20,000 nucleotides of DNA from Peribolospora baueri (lineage: Eukaryota). The stretch's first letter is position 1; each line of letters opens with the position of its first letter. The notes below the pieces were generated by a model, which was not told where the DNA came from, ran no database searches, and saw nothing but the letters and a program-made list of their open reading frames with translations. The position numbers and the translations under genes were made by a program. This document shows positions 1 to 12,400 of this stretch, in pieces. The stretch is from the NCBI GenBank assembly GCA_029717555.1, contig JAMDHS010000023.1, positions 240,178 to 260,177 of the forward strand, read 5' to 3'.

Positions 1-720
1 AACCAATCTCCCTCCCATCTTGTCTCCTGTACCACCTCTTGCGCAAGGTTTCACTTACAAGCTCCAATCAGCCAATCAACATATCACACACGTCTTGGTC
101 ACTGCCCCCATGCAATCAAACACGGGGAGAGATGGAAAGCGGTGGGCGGGACGAGTAGATGTGCGCTGGAGCACTTGTTCCCGATCCGTCTTTCATCTCT
201 TCCTTCCGTCTCGCTCACTGAGATGGCGGTGTTATTGTTCGGTCGTCGATAAAAGCCGACGGCTCTCGAGAGCCTTTCAGACAAGACAGAAAGGGCGGGT
301 ATATACTTGCTGAAGTGACGTTCAACAGACCGAAGGGGACTCGAGGGAATGGCAGGCGGTTCGATTATGTCCGCAGAGCGTTGTCTAGCGATTCAGCCGA
401 TAGGCGGCGCTGATGGAACACTCTCAAGGGAAATAGTCTGGGCGACATTCTCGAGTGCACGAGGACACCCGATGGCAGTCGTGTTCGGGTATCCGTTTCG
501 ATATATTGACTCGGATGCTGCCCTTCTAAGAGGCGCCTTTGTAACCCCGGGCGACCGGGGAGCGTTACTCCAGTTATCATACTGCTCGAGGTATACAAGA
601 GATCGACTGACGGACTGAGCTGCCACGGACTGTGCTGACGTGGGATGTGTAGGAAGGAAGAAAGTCGGGACACGAGCGAGGACAGGAAGGAGGCGCAACG
701 GTCAAGGTAAACTTGTCCTT

Positions 721-3700
721 TTACAAGACCACCTTTCGGTTCTCCATCTCGAACTCTTCTCGCCTCCCGTTGCCGTCGTCGGTCGCCGTCGAGCTCGAAG
801 CCGAATGAGACGGCGACGCGCGAGGTTGTGCCGGTTGAGCAAGCACGCTGGGGGGCTGAGAGTAGACTTCCCGAAGCTTTTGCTCCACCAGCTTCTTCAC
901 TCTGCGTGATGTGAACACACGCACAGAAACAAAGTGGTGTCCGTCAGGCGACCGAGTGAAAGGGTTGCCATATGTGCGATGGTCGATCTAACTCACTCTT
1001 TGAAAACGGCCTTGCCCACCGTCATCATAGGTCCAAGGAGAGAGAACTGGACCGCCACGTAGCTGTCGGGCGAAACAATGCGATTCGACAAGTGAGCAAG
1101 GACCAAAGTGAGCTATCCCTCTTTCGGACAGCTTTAAGGGGCACACTCACAAAGACGCGCCGAGAATGCAGAGCGAAGCGAACAAGAACGGGCTCGACAG
1201 CACCGCGATAGCCTCGTTCCAGCCGAGGACGACGAGCACGGCGTATATCCAATACGGTATCTGAGCGATGCTACTGACCGTGCTCCGCTTCGCCTCCACG
1301 TAGTACGCGTCAGCCTCCTTGCGGAAGCGGGAGATGATCTCGTTCTGCTTTGTCTCGGTGAAGATGGTCAATGTCGAGTCAAAGTCGAACCCTGGCTCGT
1401 CGTCCGTCGTATCATCGGCTTCGGAGGAGGGGAGGCTGATCATCAGGTTCGGGTCCGTAGGGGCAATCTTGGCGTAGATGGGAATGAGGGCTAGCGTCTG
1501 CGAGCAGAAGAGAAGGAGCCTGCTCAGTTACACCTCGACAGGGCTACTCTGCGCACTCAGTCGGTCTCTGAGATGTCCAACCACTCACTGCATCCCTCGC
1601 CGTCCGGAAAGCGCCGTCGATATCATCATCAGGCTTCCAAACCCTCGGCACGCCATCCTTGTCATACCTAAACTTGTCCTCGAACAATGTGCGCAGTTTG
1701 ATGAGCAAGACAGCATCAGCAGTCTGTTCATCCACCTTGGACCGCAAGGCCAGCCATGAGCGGCGGCGGAGAAGGGTGAGGGAAGATTGGTTTTCTTCCT
1801 CGGTACAGTTGAAGCCTGAGGAGACCGGAAGAAAGAGAGTGGGGTCGCGTGTGAGCAAAGAAAGGGCAAATCCAGACGCCGCCATCGAACAACGAGCAGG
1901 AGCAAGTACAACAACGAGCTCACTCGTCGCCTTCTTGAGGTAAGTCGTCTCGGCCTTGTCGAGAGCGTCATTGAAAGCTTTCAGGATCTTGTCCCACATG
2001 TCCACTGACGGCTTGTTGAGCGCCAGCTCCGTGGGTTCGGCCACCTGCTTCTTGATGTTCCTCTGAAAACGGAGGTATGAAGGAGCTCATGGTGAGCAGA
2101 CCGAGCGACAAGACGTAGCCAGCCACACAGGGCACATGCGCCAAGTCACTCACCTCTATTTGAGTGACCATCTTCTTCGTCTCCTCTACCCGACTTTGGT
2201 CAGCGACCTGCGTGATGTCTTCCCGGAGTTGCGCAAACTCTTCGTCGAAAGACCAGTCCGTGTCCTTGAGGAGGATGGCTTCAAAACGGCACGATAAATA
2301 AACGCACAAGGTTGAGCTCAGGCGTCCAAGGGACACGCATGGGCTTATACGCGGTGGAAGGAAGAAAGGACTCACCATTGGCCGCCTCCTCGAAGGCACC
2401 CTCGGCCTTTTGCCTCTCCGACTTGACTACTTGGGCAAAATCGTACCCTTCTCCCTTGAGCTTGTCCAAGATGGAAGCCTTGAATTCCTTCAGCACGTCC
2501 TTGTGTAGATTCTTGAGCTGGCCGAGGAAGAAAGGAGAGAGTGTGGAATTGAGCTTGTCGAGGAGGTCAGAGCGCTTGCGGCGGTACACCTCGGCGTGGT
2601 AGCGAGAGGCGGCCGTGTCGAACTTGACTGCGGAGGACGAGACACGAGAAGCGCTTGGATTGAGTGGGACGGCTTGATGGCGACGCTCTACATGCTCACG
2701 AAAGTAACTCACCGAGTGCAGCCTTCCTGTGCTTCTCCATGTCAGCTCCAAGCTCCGGGATGACCTTGCCAGCTTCGACTGGCCGACGGAAGCCCTTGAC
2801 GTCGTTGCCGAACACGGCGAAAGCGCCGTTGGCGATCTCGTCGCAGCGGAACTGAGCGAGCAGTTCCTGTTGCGTGGGGAGGTCGAGATCCTTGTTCGTC
2901 ATGACTTGTTGCTGGAAGACGAAAGGACGTGGAAAAGCGATCGAAGAGCCAGTGATCAGAGACGAGGTTGAAAGGAAGTGTGATGAGATGCAAAAGACAA
3001 GAAGACTAACCCAAATGCCCTCCATGTAGTGCCCGAGACCGTCGGCAGGGATGCGCTTGTGGTAATTAGGACGGAAGACAAAGTTGGGGTCCTTGCGATC
3101 GATGAAACGACGTCGCAGGTTGAGGACCTCCTTCTCGAACTCCTGGGGTAGGAGGATCTTGTGCGGCAGGGTGGTGAACATCATATCGAAGTAGTCAGAG
3201 ATCTTGCAGTCCTCAAGACCTTCCGGCTGGACCGTACGGGGACCGTCGCGAAGAAGAGGGTGTTTGGTCAGATCGACTCGCCAATAAGAGACATAACTTC
3301 CTCCATGTATACGGCTGAGAGAGATGTTCACCTTGGAGAGCCCACTCCAGATCTTCTCCAAATCGGAGGCAATAGTATTGGACAGGTTAGAGAGCGGAGT
3401 GTGTCCGACGTGGTCGCGGATGACGAAAAGAAGGAGCGTCTTGTCTTTCGATGCGCCACTGCGCAAGTCAGAAACCAGAACAAGTCAGAACAAGTCAGCA
3501 TCCGTCGGGACAAGATGCGAACTGTGGTAATCCCGAAGAGCAACAGAGGCTAAACGGCGAAGAACACGCACTTCCTGCCCTTGCTCGTCTGGAACAGACT
3601 CAAGTTGACCTCAAACACCGTCTTGAGCAAGCTCATGTTGGCACCCTGGTAGAGACCAACTTGGTGCTCCCACATGTTCACGATGAGGACCTCGGCGGAG

Positions 3701-4632
3701 GCCATGGAGAAGAGGGCGGACTTGCGTTCAAAGTCCTATGAAGGAATCGATCAAGGCGCTTCGACGGTGAGCAGGAGCAGGCCCCAAAATTCTGTTTCCA
3801 AAGCACGTTCACAGCATCGCTCACCTGGTCCTCTCCCCTTTCACGGCCGTCCGTACCCTCCACGTCCATGACGAGCACGTCCATATCCTGGCCCGGACAC
3901 ATCCATATGCCCTTCGTGGTTTGCCGCCTCTGAGACTCGTCCATCACATCGAACGTCGTCCCGAACAGACGGTTGAGAAGCGTACCTTTCAGGAGAATGG
4001 GGGGCCGGGGGGGGGGGAGGGGGGGGGGAAGGAGAAAGGGCAGAAGAGGCCTGTGTCGGCACTCTAGTCGAGTATGGCGACCCGCGGACGCCCGCAACCC
4101 CGTGTGTGTGTGCTTCATTGAAGCGTTCAAGAAATGAAGAAGCTTCACTCACTCTTACCGGTGGACTGAGATCCGAAGACGGCGACAACGTCGTAGGAGA
4201 AACCCTTATCGAGCAGGCCCCACTGATCCATGTTTTTGTCCACTTCCGACCTGGAGGCAAGTGGAGGGGGAATGTGGGGCCATTGAGCTTTGTGCCGTCG
4301 AACTCGAATCGAGTCGGGGGTTCCTGATCGGCTCCCCCGCCGTGATGACAGAAATGATGGCCCTTCGCTCCCCTCTCCCGGGCCCCTGTCGCCTTCGTTA
4401 TTGGAACTCACGAAAATCGCTGCTCCTCATCGATGATCTGAAGCCTCTCTTGTCCCTTTAGATTACCCTTCGCGATCCGCCGCCCTCCTTCTCCGTCCTC
4501 CCCATCACCGGGGCCGGTCCCGTTGGCATTCACGACCTTCTCTCCCGCCTCCACCAAGGATGCCTCGGCGGAGATAAGCGTGGGGTCGGAGGAAAGCAGG
4601 TTTGGGGTTGTGGTGCTGCTGCTGTTTTCCAT
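721..4632 (-). CDS. SEY1: Sey1/RHD3 dynamin-like GTPase for homotypic ER fusion; 14 exons, ~840 aa
   Basis: Hand-spliced exons: 4632-4412, 4250-4153, 3985-3825, 3735-3572, 3458-3332, 3226-3011, 2911-2713, 2627-2376, 2278-2154, 2062-1924, 1815-1589, 1497-1151, 1062-997, 901-721. All introns are GT..AG and the total of 2523 nt is in frame. Motifs: P-loop [96 protein letters not shown], and the hairpin TM region [16 protein letters not shown]. Confidence 0.96.
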
Positions 4633-5325
4633 GCCAGGCTGGATGGGGGCGACGGGCGGAGAGGGATGATCAGAAGCCGAGCGGGGAGTAAGGGGCGAGG
4701 GTGGAAGAAGGGGTGGGGGCGGCGATGCGATGCGATGCGATATGATATGATGTGATGACGATTGTGCTGATCGACGGCGGACCACAGAGGATCTACGCGT
4801 GACACACACGTACGGTGGTAGGTGGGTGGACGAAGAGCAGGCGCCACTTGATAGGGTGACCGCCCGGTTTGTGCGGTAGCGCTCTGGACGCAAAGGGGTT
4901 GTCGAAGGAGGAGCGAGTAGGACGGGTGCGGTGGCGGAGACGAGGGACGTTCCGATGGAGCTGAGGAACCTTGTGGGCCGTGAAAGAGAAGCAGGCGACT
5001 CCAGAGAAGCTGAAGAGGGAATCCCACGACGGCCTCGATCGGGGGCGCACAGAGCCCGAGAGCGGATTAGGGTTACGATAGTCGCCGGTCAAGTCTCGCA
5101 CAGATGCCACATTCAGTGGACATCCACGCGACGCAGCGCCATCTGCGAAGGGAACTGGGAAAGGACGACCGTTCCTTAATCGAATACCATATGTCGCGCG
5201 TCCCATGTCGTGTCTTCGTTTCCTCTTGCCAGAAAGACAATGCCCATCCAGAAGCTACAGTGCGCCGATTAGATTTACATTCAGGGAGGATCACCGGAAC
5301 GAGGTGAAGAAGAAACCCAACGAGT

Positions 5326-5540
5326 TCATGTCCTGAGGGACAAAGCTAACAATGGCATCATCCCCCTCGCTTCAAAATTTTCCCAGCCTACACCCTTAAA
5401 CGACACGAACCTCTCCTCGGGATCGTACTTGAGCTTGATCTCCTTCAACCGGGCATAGTGGTCGGCGAAGGACGAGTCAGAGCTGGGATGCAAATATCCT
5501 AACCCCACCTGTCCTCGCTTTTTCGCTGACCCCATCTCCT
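5326..5540 (-). pseudogene. BBE-like oxidase, C-terminal BBE-domain segment
   Basis: FADHYARLKEIKLKYDPEERFVSFKGVGWE matches the BBE C-terminal consensus F(W)GxNYxRLxxIKxKYDPxxxF...VG, which normally follows AYxNEAD directly. Confidence 0.85.
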
Positions 5541-6757
5541 CCCGGCCGTAATCGTTAGCTCTGGCGTTCAGTGGAACGAGGTGTATGCAGCCGCCGCGGA
5601 GCGCAACCTGACTGTCGTCGGAGGCGTCTCTGCCGGCGGCAGCGTCGGCACTGGCGGCGGGTGTATTCTCGGCGCCGGGTATTCTATCTTGTCGCCGACG
5701 TATGGGCTAGGTGCGTTCAAGATGCATACTTGGTTTCTTTCGCAAGCTGAAAGGGGCTTCAGCGCCATGCTCATTTGTGTGGACGGTCAGGCGTGGCGTG
5801 GACAACGTGCTCCAATTCGACGTCGTCTTGGCGAGCGGCGAGATCGTGTCCGCCTCGTCCAGTAGCAACTCGGACCTCTTCTGGGCGTTGCGCGGAGGGG
5901 GCGGCGGTACCTTTGGCGTCGTGACCAGCGTCACGTACCGCGTCCGCCCGGCGACGCCGGCTCTGGGCGCTCTCTGCGCTGTGAACGTGACGAGCGCCGA
6001 GGGTTACGAGGAGCTCCTGACACGGCTCATCCGCGGCCTGCCGAACGCGACGGATGCGGGCTGGGGCATGTACGTCGTGATGTCCGGCGAGATCCCCAGC
6101 AGCTTCGCAACCTGGCTGTGAACGCCTTGCATCCCAACTCGACCGACATGGCGCACGCCACGACCGTTCAGCCGCTCCTGGCCGAACTGGCATCGGTTCC
6201 CGGGGCGACAGCGCAAAGCTTCACGGTGCCTTACCAAGGTGGCTTCTACGATTGGTATAAGGAGTACGAAACAAACGGGACTCAGGTCGGCGCCCCGGAC
6301 ATCCTCGGGTCGAGGCTCATGAGCCGTGACGCCCACTTGAACAAGGCCCGAGACGCCGCCAAGATCTGGGCGCGGACTCCTGGCCTCGGCATCAAGTGAG
6401 TACTGTTCGGATGTCGTAGCGTCCGCAGTTCCATCTCCATGAAGCATGGAACGGCTGGGTCGCTCATCGCTCATCGATTACATGCCTCGCCCTTCACTCG
6501 CTTCTGTCCGCCATCGTCGTCCCGTCCCACCCAGCGTCATCGCCGGCGGTGCAGTCAATCGGCCCGACGAGGCCTCTACCGGCCTCAACCCGGCGTGGCG
6601 CCGCGCCATCTCCAGCGTGTCCATCTCAGAATCGTGGGCCGATAACGCGACGGTGGCGGAGCAAGACGCGGTGCAGGCGATGGTGACGTCGCAGACGATG
6701 GCGTTGGACTCCTCGAGCCCGGCGGAGGGGCGTACGTGAACGAGGCGGACCCGGGAG
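5539..6757. repeat. 7-bp inverted repeat at the inversion breakpoints: CTCCCGG (5539-5545) / CCGGGAG (6751-6757)
   Basis: The two copies are exact reverse complements and sit where protein similarity switches strand at each end. Confidence 0.8.
5542..6757 (+). pseudogene. BBE-like oxidase, inverted middle segment with two introns (5711-5790, 6396-6534)
   Basis: [117 protein letters not shown]. Frameshifts at 5791-5800 (GCGTG duplicated), ~6105-6110 and ~6710. Confidence 0.9.
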
Positions 6758-7196
6758 AAACTTGAAAGCGGTCACAATGTCCTGCACCCGATGGACCTCG
6801 ACGGCGAGCGACGGCACGCTGCCCTGGTCGCAGGTGGCAGTTCTGGGGCCTGCAATCTCGCAGTCCTCCTTCCTCCGTGCCGTTGGCCGCGATCAGAGTC
6901 TCCCAGTTGGTGTTCTGCATCGCGCCCGGCTGGTCGGCGCGCCATGTGGCGTTCGTCCACTGCGTCTGCGCCTGCGTGCACGCCGAGGCGGAGTAATGCG
7001 GGTCGTGGCAGGGAAAGGCGGGCGGGCGCGGACGGAGGAGCGGGGTGGAGAGGGAGGCGGAGAAGGCGTCCAGCTCGGCTTGCGAGGGCAAACAAGGCTG
7101 GCCGGGCCGGCAGAAGCAGCGCTGCCGCTGTTGTGGTCCGCTCGCGCCTGCCCGGAGGAAGGGGAGGAGGATAGCGAGGGGAAAGAGGATGTGCAT
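6758..7196 (-). pseudogene. BBE-like oxidase, N-terminal segment (signal peptide and Cys-rich N-domain)
   Basis: MHILFPLAILLPFLRAGAS (signal-like), CFCRPGQPCLPS, PPAFPCHDPHYSASAC, WRADQPGAMQNTNWE. A frameshift at ~6865-6875 (ggagga-a-ggagga on minus) precedes EDCEIAGPRTATCDQGSVPSLAVEVHRVQDIVTAFKF, where similarity stops abruptly. Confidence 0.88.
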
Positions 7197-9414
7197 CGCT
7201 GGGTCGGCTGTGGGGTTTGGAGAAAGAAGCGAGGAGGGAGGGCTCTGACGAGGACGGCATGCGTCTCCTATTGAATTTTTGCGTCATGCTGCGAGGTCAT
7301 CTCAGGCTCTTCCTGACGTCATACGAAGCGAAGCCTGGCGACTCGCCCGCTGTGGCTCCAACATGCGGACGAGGTCAGTGGGATGGATAGAGAGCGGTGG
7401 AACAGATGCGGAGTGAAATTGGGCGAAAGAGCGGATGGGCAAATGCAGGCGTCCTCGACATGGTCCACATGGCCCAGCCTGTCCAGCTCGCTGGTGGAGT
7501 CCGTGGCAAAGGCGTAGGTTAGCACAGCGAGGGGGACGTGCGCACTTTGCTTCTTGCGCTTGGACGTTGACGATCGCTGCAAGCAATGCGTGATCGGTGG
7601 AAACGCGCGGGCGAGACACGAGAAACGCACTGCCACCACGCACGCACGCACACATGGGCAACGTCGAACGTGCTCTGCGACTCGGACTGAAGTGGCCCTG
7701 CAAGTAAGGCGCTTTACAGTGCGGTATGTAGGTACCTGCTACACCCAACCAGCCCCCGAGACCCCATATCCCGCCCCGACAACATGCGAACCGCATCGAC
7801 GCCCTGACTGCCCGCGGTCCACCGCAGCGCCGCCAGTCCAGAAGGGCGGGCTTCAGGCATGGTGTAAGGATCTGGCGTAAGAGAGACTGCAAGGAAGCCG
7901 CCCCGTTTCCTGAATCCGACGCGCAGCGGTCCAAACGAACCGCAAACCCACCTCTCCGGCGGCGTCAAGCTCACTCAGCATCGGGCGGGCCGGGGGAGGT
8001 CGGACCATATTAACTAGTCCGACGATGCGGGTCCAGAAGGGGATGGCCACGGGATGCCCGGTCCGGAGGGTGGAGCTGTGGGACACGTCTTGGTCGGAAA
8101 GAGGGGTCGCTCTTCTGGCCAAAAGGGGACGAGTGTGCTCTCCGAGACTTGGGAAAGAGCAAACTATTTCCACATCCGTCCGAGGGGGCTCCTGATCTGA
8201 TGTCGTCCTAATGAAGGCAGGTTGTAGTCAAGAGAACGCAGGGGGGTTGTCACAACTCGGCGTCGTTCTCGCCTCGGCTTGCCCACCGGCTGAGCCGAGC
8301 CGGTCGTCACGGCTACCACTCACTTCCCTTCTCGCCAATGAGAGGCGTCCCATTTCCACTTACCCTGCGTCTTCACGTGGGCCGCCATCTCAATCTCAAG
8401 CACAGCCAGCCGTCTTTCGTTGCAGCTCCATCCCGGACGCGGTTCGCGAGAGCCATCGCGATCGGGGACACCGGCCGGGTCCGGGATCAAGCAGAAGGCC
8501 CGGGCCTTGGCCCTCATCGAGTGCGACGGGGCGCACGACGACACGGACGACTCGCAACACAAGCAAGCTGGAGACGGAGACGGACTTGCGATCCCTCGAT
8601 CCCACCCACGTTTGGGTGCCTGTGGGTGGGAACAAGAAGCTGTCCACACTCCCGCCGCCGATCGGCTGAATCGGCCAGGCGTGCATAACCCTAACTGATC
8701 AACCGCCCTCCCTTCCGCCCAAATTTTCCCGGCCTCGTCCTTCTTCAGCCACGACCCCACCCGTCTGCTCTCTGCAACGAACCACCAAGCCAACACTCGC
8801 ACCGCCGCTTTCAATTCGTCAAACCCAACACCCAAGCCTCTTCTCACCATCTATGGTCGATCCCAGTTTATCGTGCTCAAGCTCTCGATCGAGCCTTCTC
8901 AAGTGCGTACCAAGTTCTGCGCGCCCGCGCTGCCTTCACTCGTGCTCGTCTTTGTGGCCGGCATGGCCGACCGCATGTGGACGAAAGCTAGCTAATGCTT
9001 TCTTCTGTATCCATCTCTCCATCGCCGCTGTCCCGCCCTCGTCCTCTCTCTACTATCTTGTCTGCTGGCGACCCCGCGTACAGCTGCGTCCGTAGGCCTC
9101 GCCGCCACTCTTCCTCTGGCCTCTTGATTCTGTTCCTCGACTCCTCCGACAGGCCGCCGTAAGTTGGCCCATCCTCGTCGCCCCATCTCTAGCCGCCCAG
9201 GTTCCTTTCCCACCTCAAAAGTGTTTCAAGGACCTGGCCGGCGGCTCTTCTCCTGCACACCAGCCCTGCCGTGCTTTGCACTGCGCTGCTTACCATCCGC
9301 TTAACGAATACGCTGCCCAGACGAATCGAGGTTTGCGACGCCTTCGCCATAGAGCCTCACTGAACCACGCGCGCTATCTTCTCACACTCAACGAACTTGT
9401 CCTCGTCAGCCGCG

Positions 9415-12400
9415 ATGCCCGTGCTTTCCGCGCCTCTCAAGAAACTTCCTCTCCCCCTCACTCACTCTCGGACCATGACGCTAAGCGAGGTGGACGGGAA
9501 TTATTTCGACGAGGCAGCTCCGCGCCGGCCATCGACTGCTGTCGGCGAGCGAGACGGTCGTGCAGTCAAGAACAACAGGGACATGGGGGACGGGGGTTGG
9601 TTTCGGCAGAGTCAAAGCGTCCCTCCGTCGCCGACGGGCGCTGTTGGAAACAAGGCGCCGTTGGCACTGGGACAGCCGTCTCAACCCCTGTCAGCCCGGC
9701 CGACGCGTAACAACACGCCTTCGCCGCCACGTTCACCTCAGGTTCCTCTTTCTGCCCCTGTATCCTCTCCCAAAGCTAAGCCCACCGCGGCTTCGGCGGT
9801 CATCAGAGACCAGCAAGGCGGCCCGTCGGACTCGCTGGGCGCGACCGCCAGCTCGGCTAAGCCCGGTCGGACCGTCCTCAAGAGTGGCATCACCCTTTCT
9901 CTGCCCCTAGGCATCGGTAGAGGTCGCGGGACCGTCATGGACCACTCCTCAACTGCCCCTCAGGTCGGCAATCAGCCCGGCGGAGCGGCTCCTGCGGCGC
10001 CCGATGCCTCTCACTGCGCTCAGCTGGGCTTGCGACTTACTGAGCTCGTCAGTCGCGCCTTTCTGCCGAACGACAGAGCGCTCGGCGTGACGTCCTCTTC
10101 GGCCTCAGCCGGCGCTGCACCGACATCGAATGTTTTAAAGTACGGCGGTCGCAAGGTGCCCACTCAGGTGGCGGTGCGGGCCATCGCCGACGCAGTGGTC
10201 AACGAGCTGCATTACGCCAACAGCATGAAGGACGCGTACTTCCTGCGCGCAGTGTCTCGCCAGATCCTCAAGGCGCTCACCCTCTTCGCCACTCGCATCG
10301 ATGCGCTCATCATCTCACCGTCCGTGGATCCCGCTGTCCTGCGTGTGCCAGCGACGGCCAAGGACAGCGACAACGTCCCAGCGGCGCAGGCTTTCAACCT
10401 TGCCCTCGTCCGCCTGGAATGGGAGGTGTGGAATGCAGTGGAAGCTGCCGTTCGCTTCCCCGGCTTCGAGTCCGAAACGTTCGACAGCGACTCCCCGCGC
10501 GAGGGCAAAATGCCCGGCTTTGTTGGCGAGATTCTTGCCCCGGCCCGGAACAAGATGGCCGGGACCATCAATCATATTGTGCAGCCGCTCCTAAATGCGT
10601 TTAAGATCTCGCTGGCCGCTTGCGTCGCCAACGCTGTGGTCAACCCGCTCCCGGCGCCCATGCAAGGCGCGCTGCTCTTGACTCCTGGAGGCGCAACCTC
10701 GACGCTTGAATCCGGCCACGCGACGTTGATCCCGAATGGCCAGCAAGCGCCTCCGCAAGCCCTGAACGCGACCAGCTCTTCCAACGGCGCGTCTGCGCCT
10801 ACGGCACAGAGCGCCGCCCCCGCCTGGCAGCGTGAGCTATCGGACCGCCTAGACGGAGCGCGGCGGCTCTTGACGCCCCGGCTCATCGCGCCATGCTCCA
10901 ACCTCGGGCTCACCTGGCTCACCACCGTCGCCAGTTACGTCGTCTGGAAGGGCATGCTGGCTTTGGCCGCCAGGCCGCTTCAGGGCCCCGTTGAGCATGG
11001 CAGGTCGATCAAGGATTTGCCCGATTTCGCAGTGCCTTTTCTGGCCGTTTTGAACGGTGATGGCGGGGACGCTGTCACCGGCACCTCAGCAGTGGCTCTC
11101 GAGCAGGACGGCGGAGGCGGCGGAAAGAGTAACAGCCGGTCCGGAAGCAGCTCTCCTCAGTCTGGACGGGCGACGCCCATCGGCGGTTCCACGGTCGACA
11201 TCGCCGCGTTGGCCAAGGGCGGTGGCGCGTTGAGCGCTGCGCAAGCCAGCGCATATGTCCGCGGCAGTACAACCGTCCCTCTAGGTGGAACGCCGAGGCA
11301 GCGAGCTGCCGCTCGTCTCGCGGGCGATGCTGGTTCTTTCGACAAGCTCATCCGTCGCTTCGTGGCCGGATTCGAGCCGGAGGAGTCGGACGACGGCTTG
11401 GACGATTCGGACAGCGAGTCATCCGATGACGACGACGATGACGACGTCGATGACGAGGCCGAGCTGGCTAGGGCCGCGCTTGGGGAGGCTCTCCAAGCTC
11501 TGCACAGCCTCCGAGTTGCACTGGAGGCGCTCGCGAGCGATGATGGCGACCTCGTCCTTCTGGCTCTCTGTTCGAGGCGCATGGCCGCCAAGGGCGACTG
11601 GGACCAGACGTGCAACGTTGGTGGAGGAGCGGGAGCAATGGGTGGCAAGCACGTCAGCCCGGAGGTGCGCCGGGCGTTTGCCACCCTCCCTCCGCTCATT
11701 CTCATTCATTTGGTTTTTGCTCGCCTGCCGGCAAGGTTGGACGTTCGCCCGCCACACAAGTTGTGGAACTACGATTGGTCAACGTACGAGCAGCAGCTCA
11801 CCGGCTTTGGTGCGAGCCAGGCCTGGGCTGGCGTCATTGGTGAAGGACTTTGTGGTGAACTCACCGAGGCCTTTAGGGCGGTTTTGGATCGCAAATCGCA
11901 GGTGGCACTTGTCGAGGAGCGGTTCACGCCCATGCGATGCTGTCGGAGTAACAGCGCCGCTGCCACCGCCGCCGACGTGGATGCCTGCCCCGGCGGCGAT
12001 ACCAACGCACTGTCTAGGACCGCCACCGGCATCGCCTACACCTCGAGGGCTTCCTCTCCGGATCAGTCAGGAGAGCGCCACTCGCGCCTTTCCACTGAAC
12101 TCGGTCGGCGGGCTTCTCCGCCCTCTACAGCTACCAAAGGAGGGCAAGGACAAAACGCTGGCGGGGGGACGACCGCTCCGGCGCCACGCTTCTGGCGCCG
12201 GAGCGTGTCCGCGAAAGGCTTGTACTTCCCGCTGCCGCTTTCACGCACGTCTTCTCCTTCGAGTCGTGGAAACAACAACGAGCCCTGTCCGTGCGTCCCG
12301 CCCGCCTCGGCTGCCTCCGCTACGGTTGGCAGCGCGGGCGTAGGAGTCAACAGGCTCGACCTAGGCAGGACGGAGTGGACGCAGGAGGACTATGCCCGGC

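Larger units (their letters stand above)
5326..7196 (-). pseudogene. Rearranged pseudogene of a secreted FAD-linked oxidoreductase (FAD_binding_4 + BBE domain); N- and C-termini on minus strand, middle inverted onto plus strand
   Basis: Three consecutive parts of one protein family lie in the orientation minus/plus/minus (see sub-features). There are at least 4 frameshifts, and the K-x-T-G-H-D flavinylation segment is absent. Confidence 0.88.

Noticed and set aside
3999..4028. Long G-runs (also ~15692-15703 and 19976-19994) as G-quadruplex elements
   Set aside because: Two of the three are the poly-C pyrimidine tracts of minus-strand intron acceptors, and nothing supports a further function.
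5539..6757. Functional phase-variation invertible switch
   Set aside because: The inverted repeat is only 7 bp, no recombinase is nearby, and both orientations are dead because of frameshifts and the missing FAD-binding segment.
7300..8850. Several 100-210 aa ORFs and scattered minus-strand donor-like motifs (~8320, ~8360)
   Set aside because: No recognisable domain and no consistent exon chain; treated as intergenic or promoter DNA.
11285..12343. 352-aa overlapping alternative-frame ORF
   Set aside because: Lies inside the long CDS, has a non-ATG start, and has the Arg/Ser/Pro-rich composition typical of off-frame GC-rich DNA.
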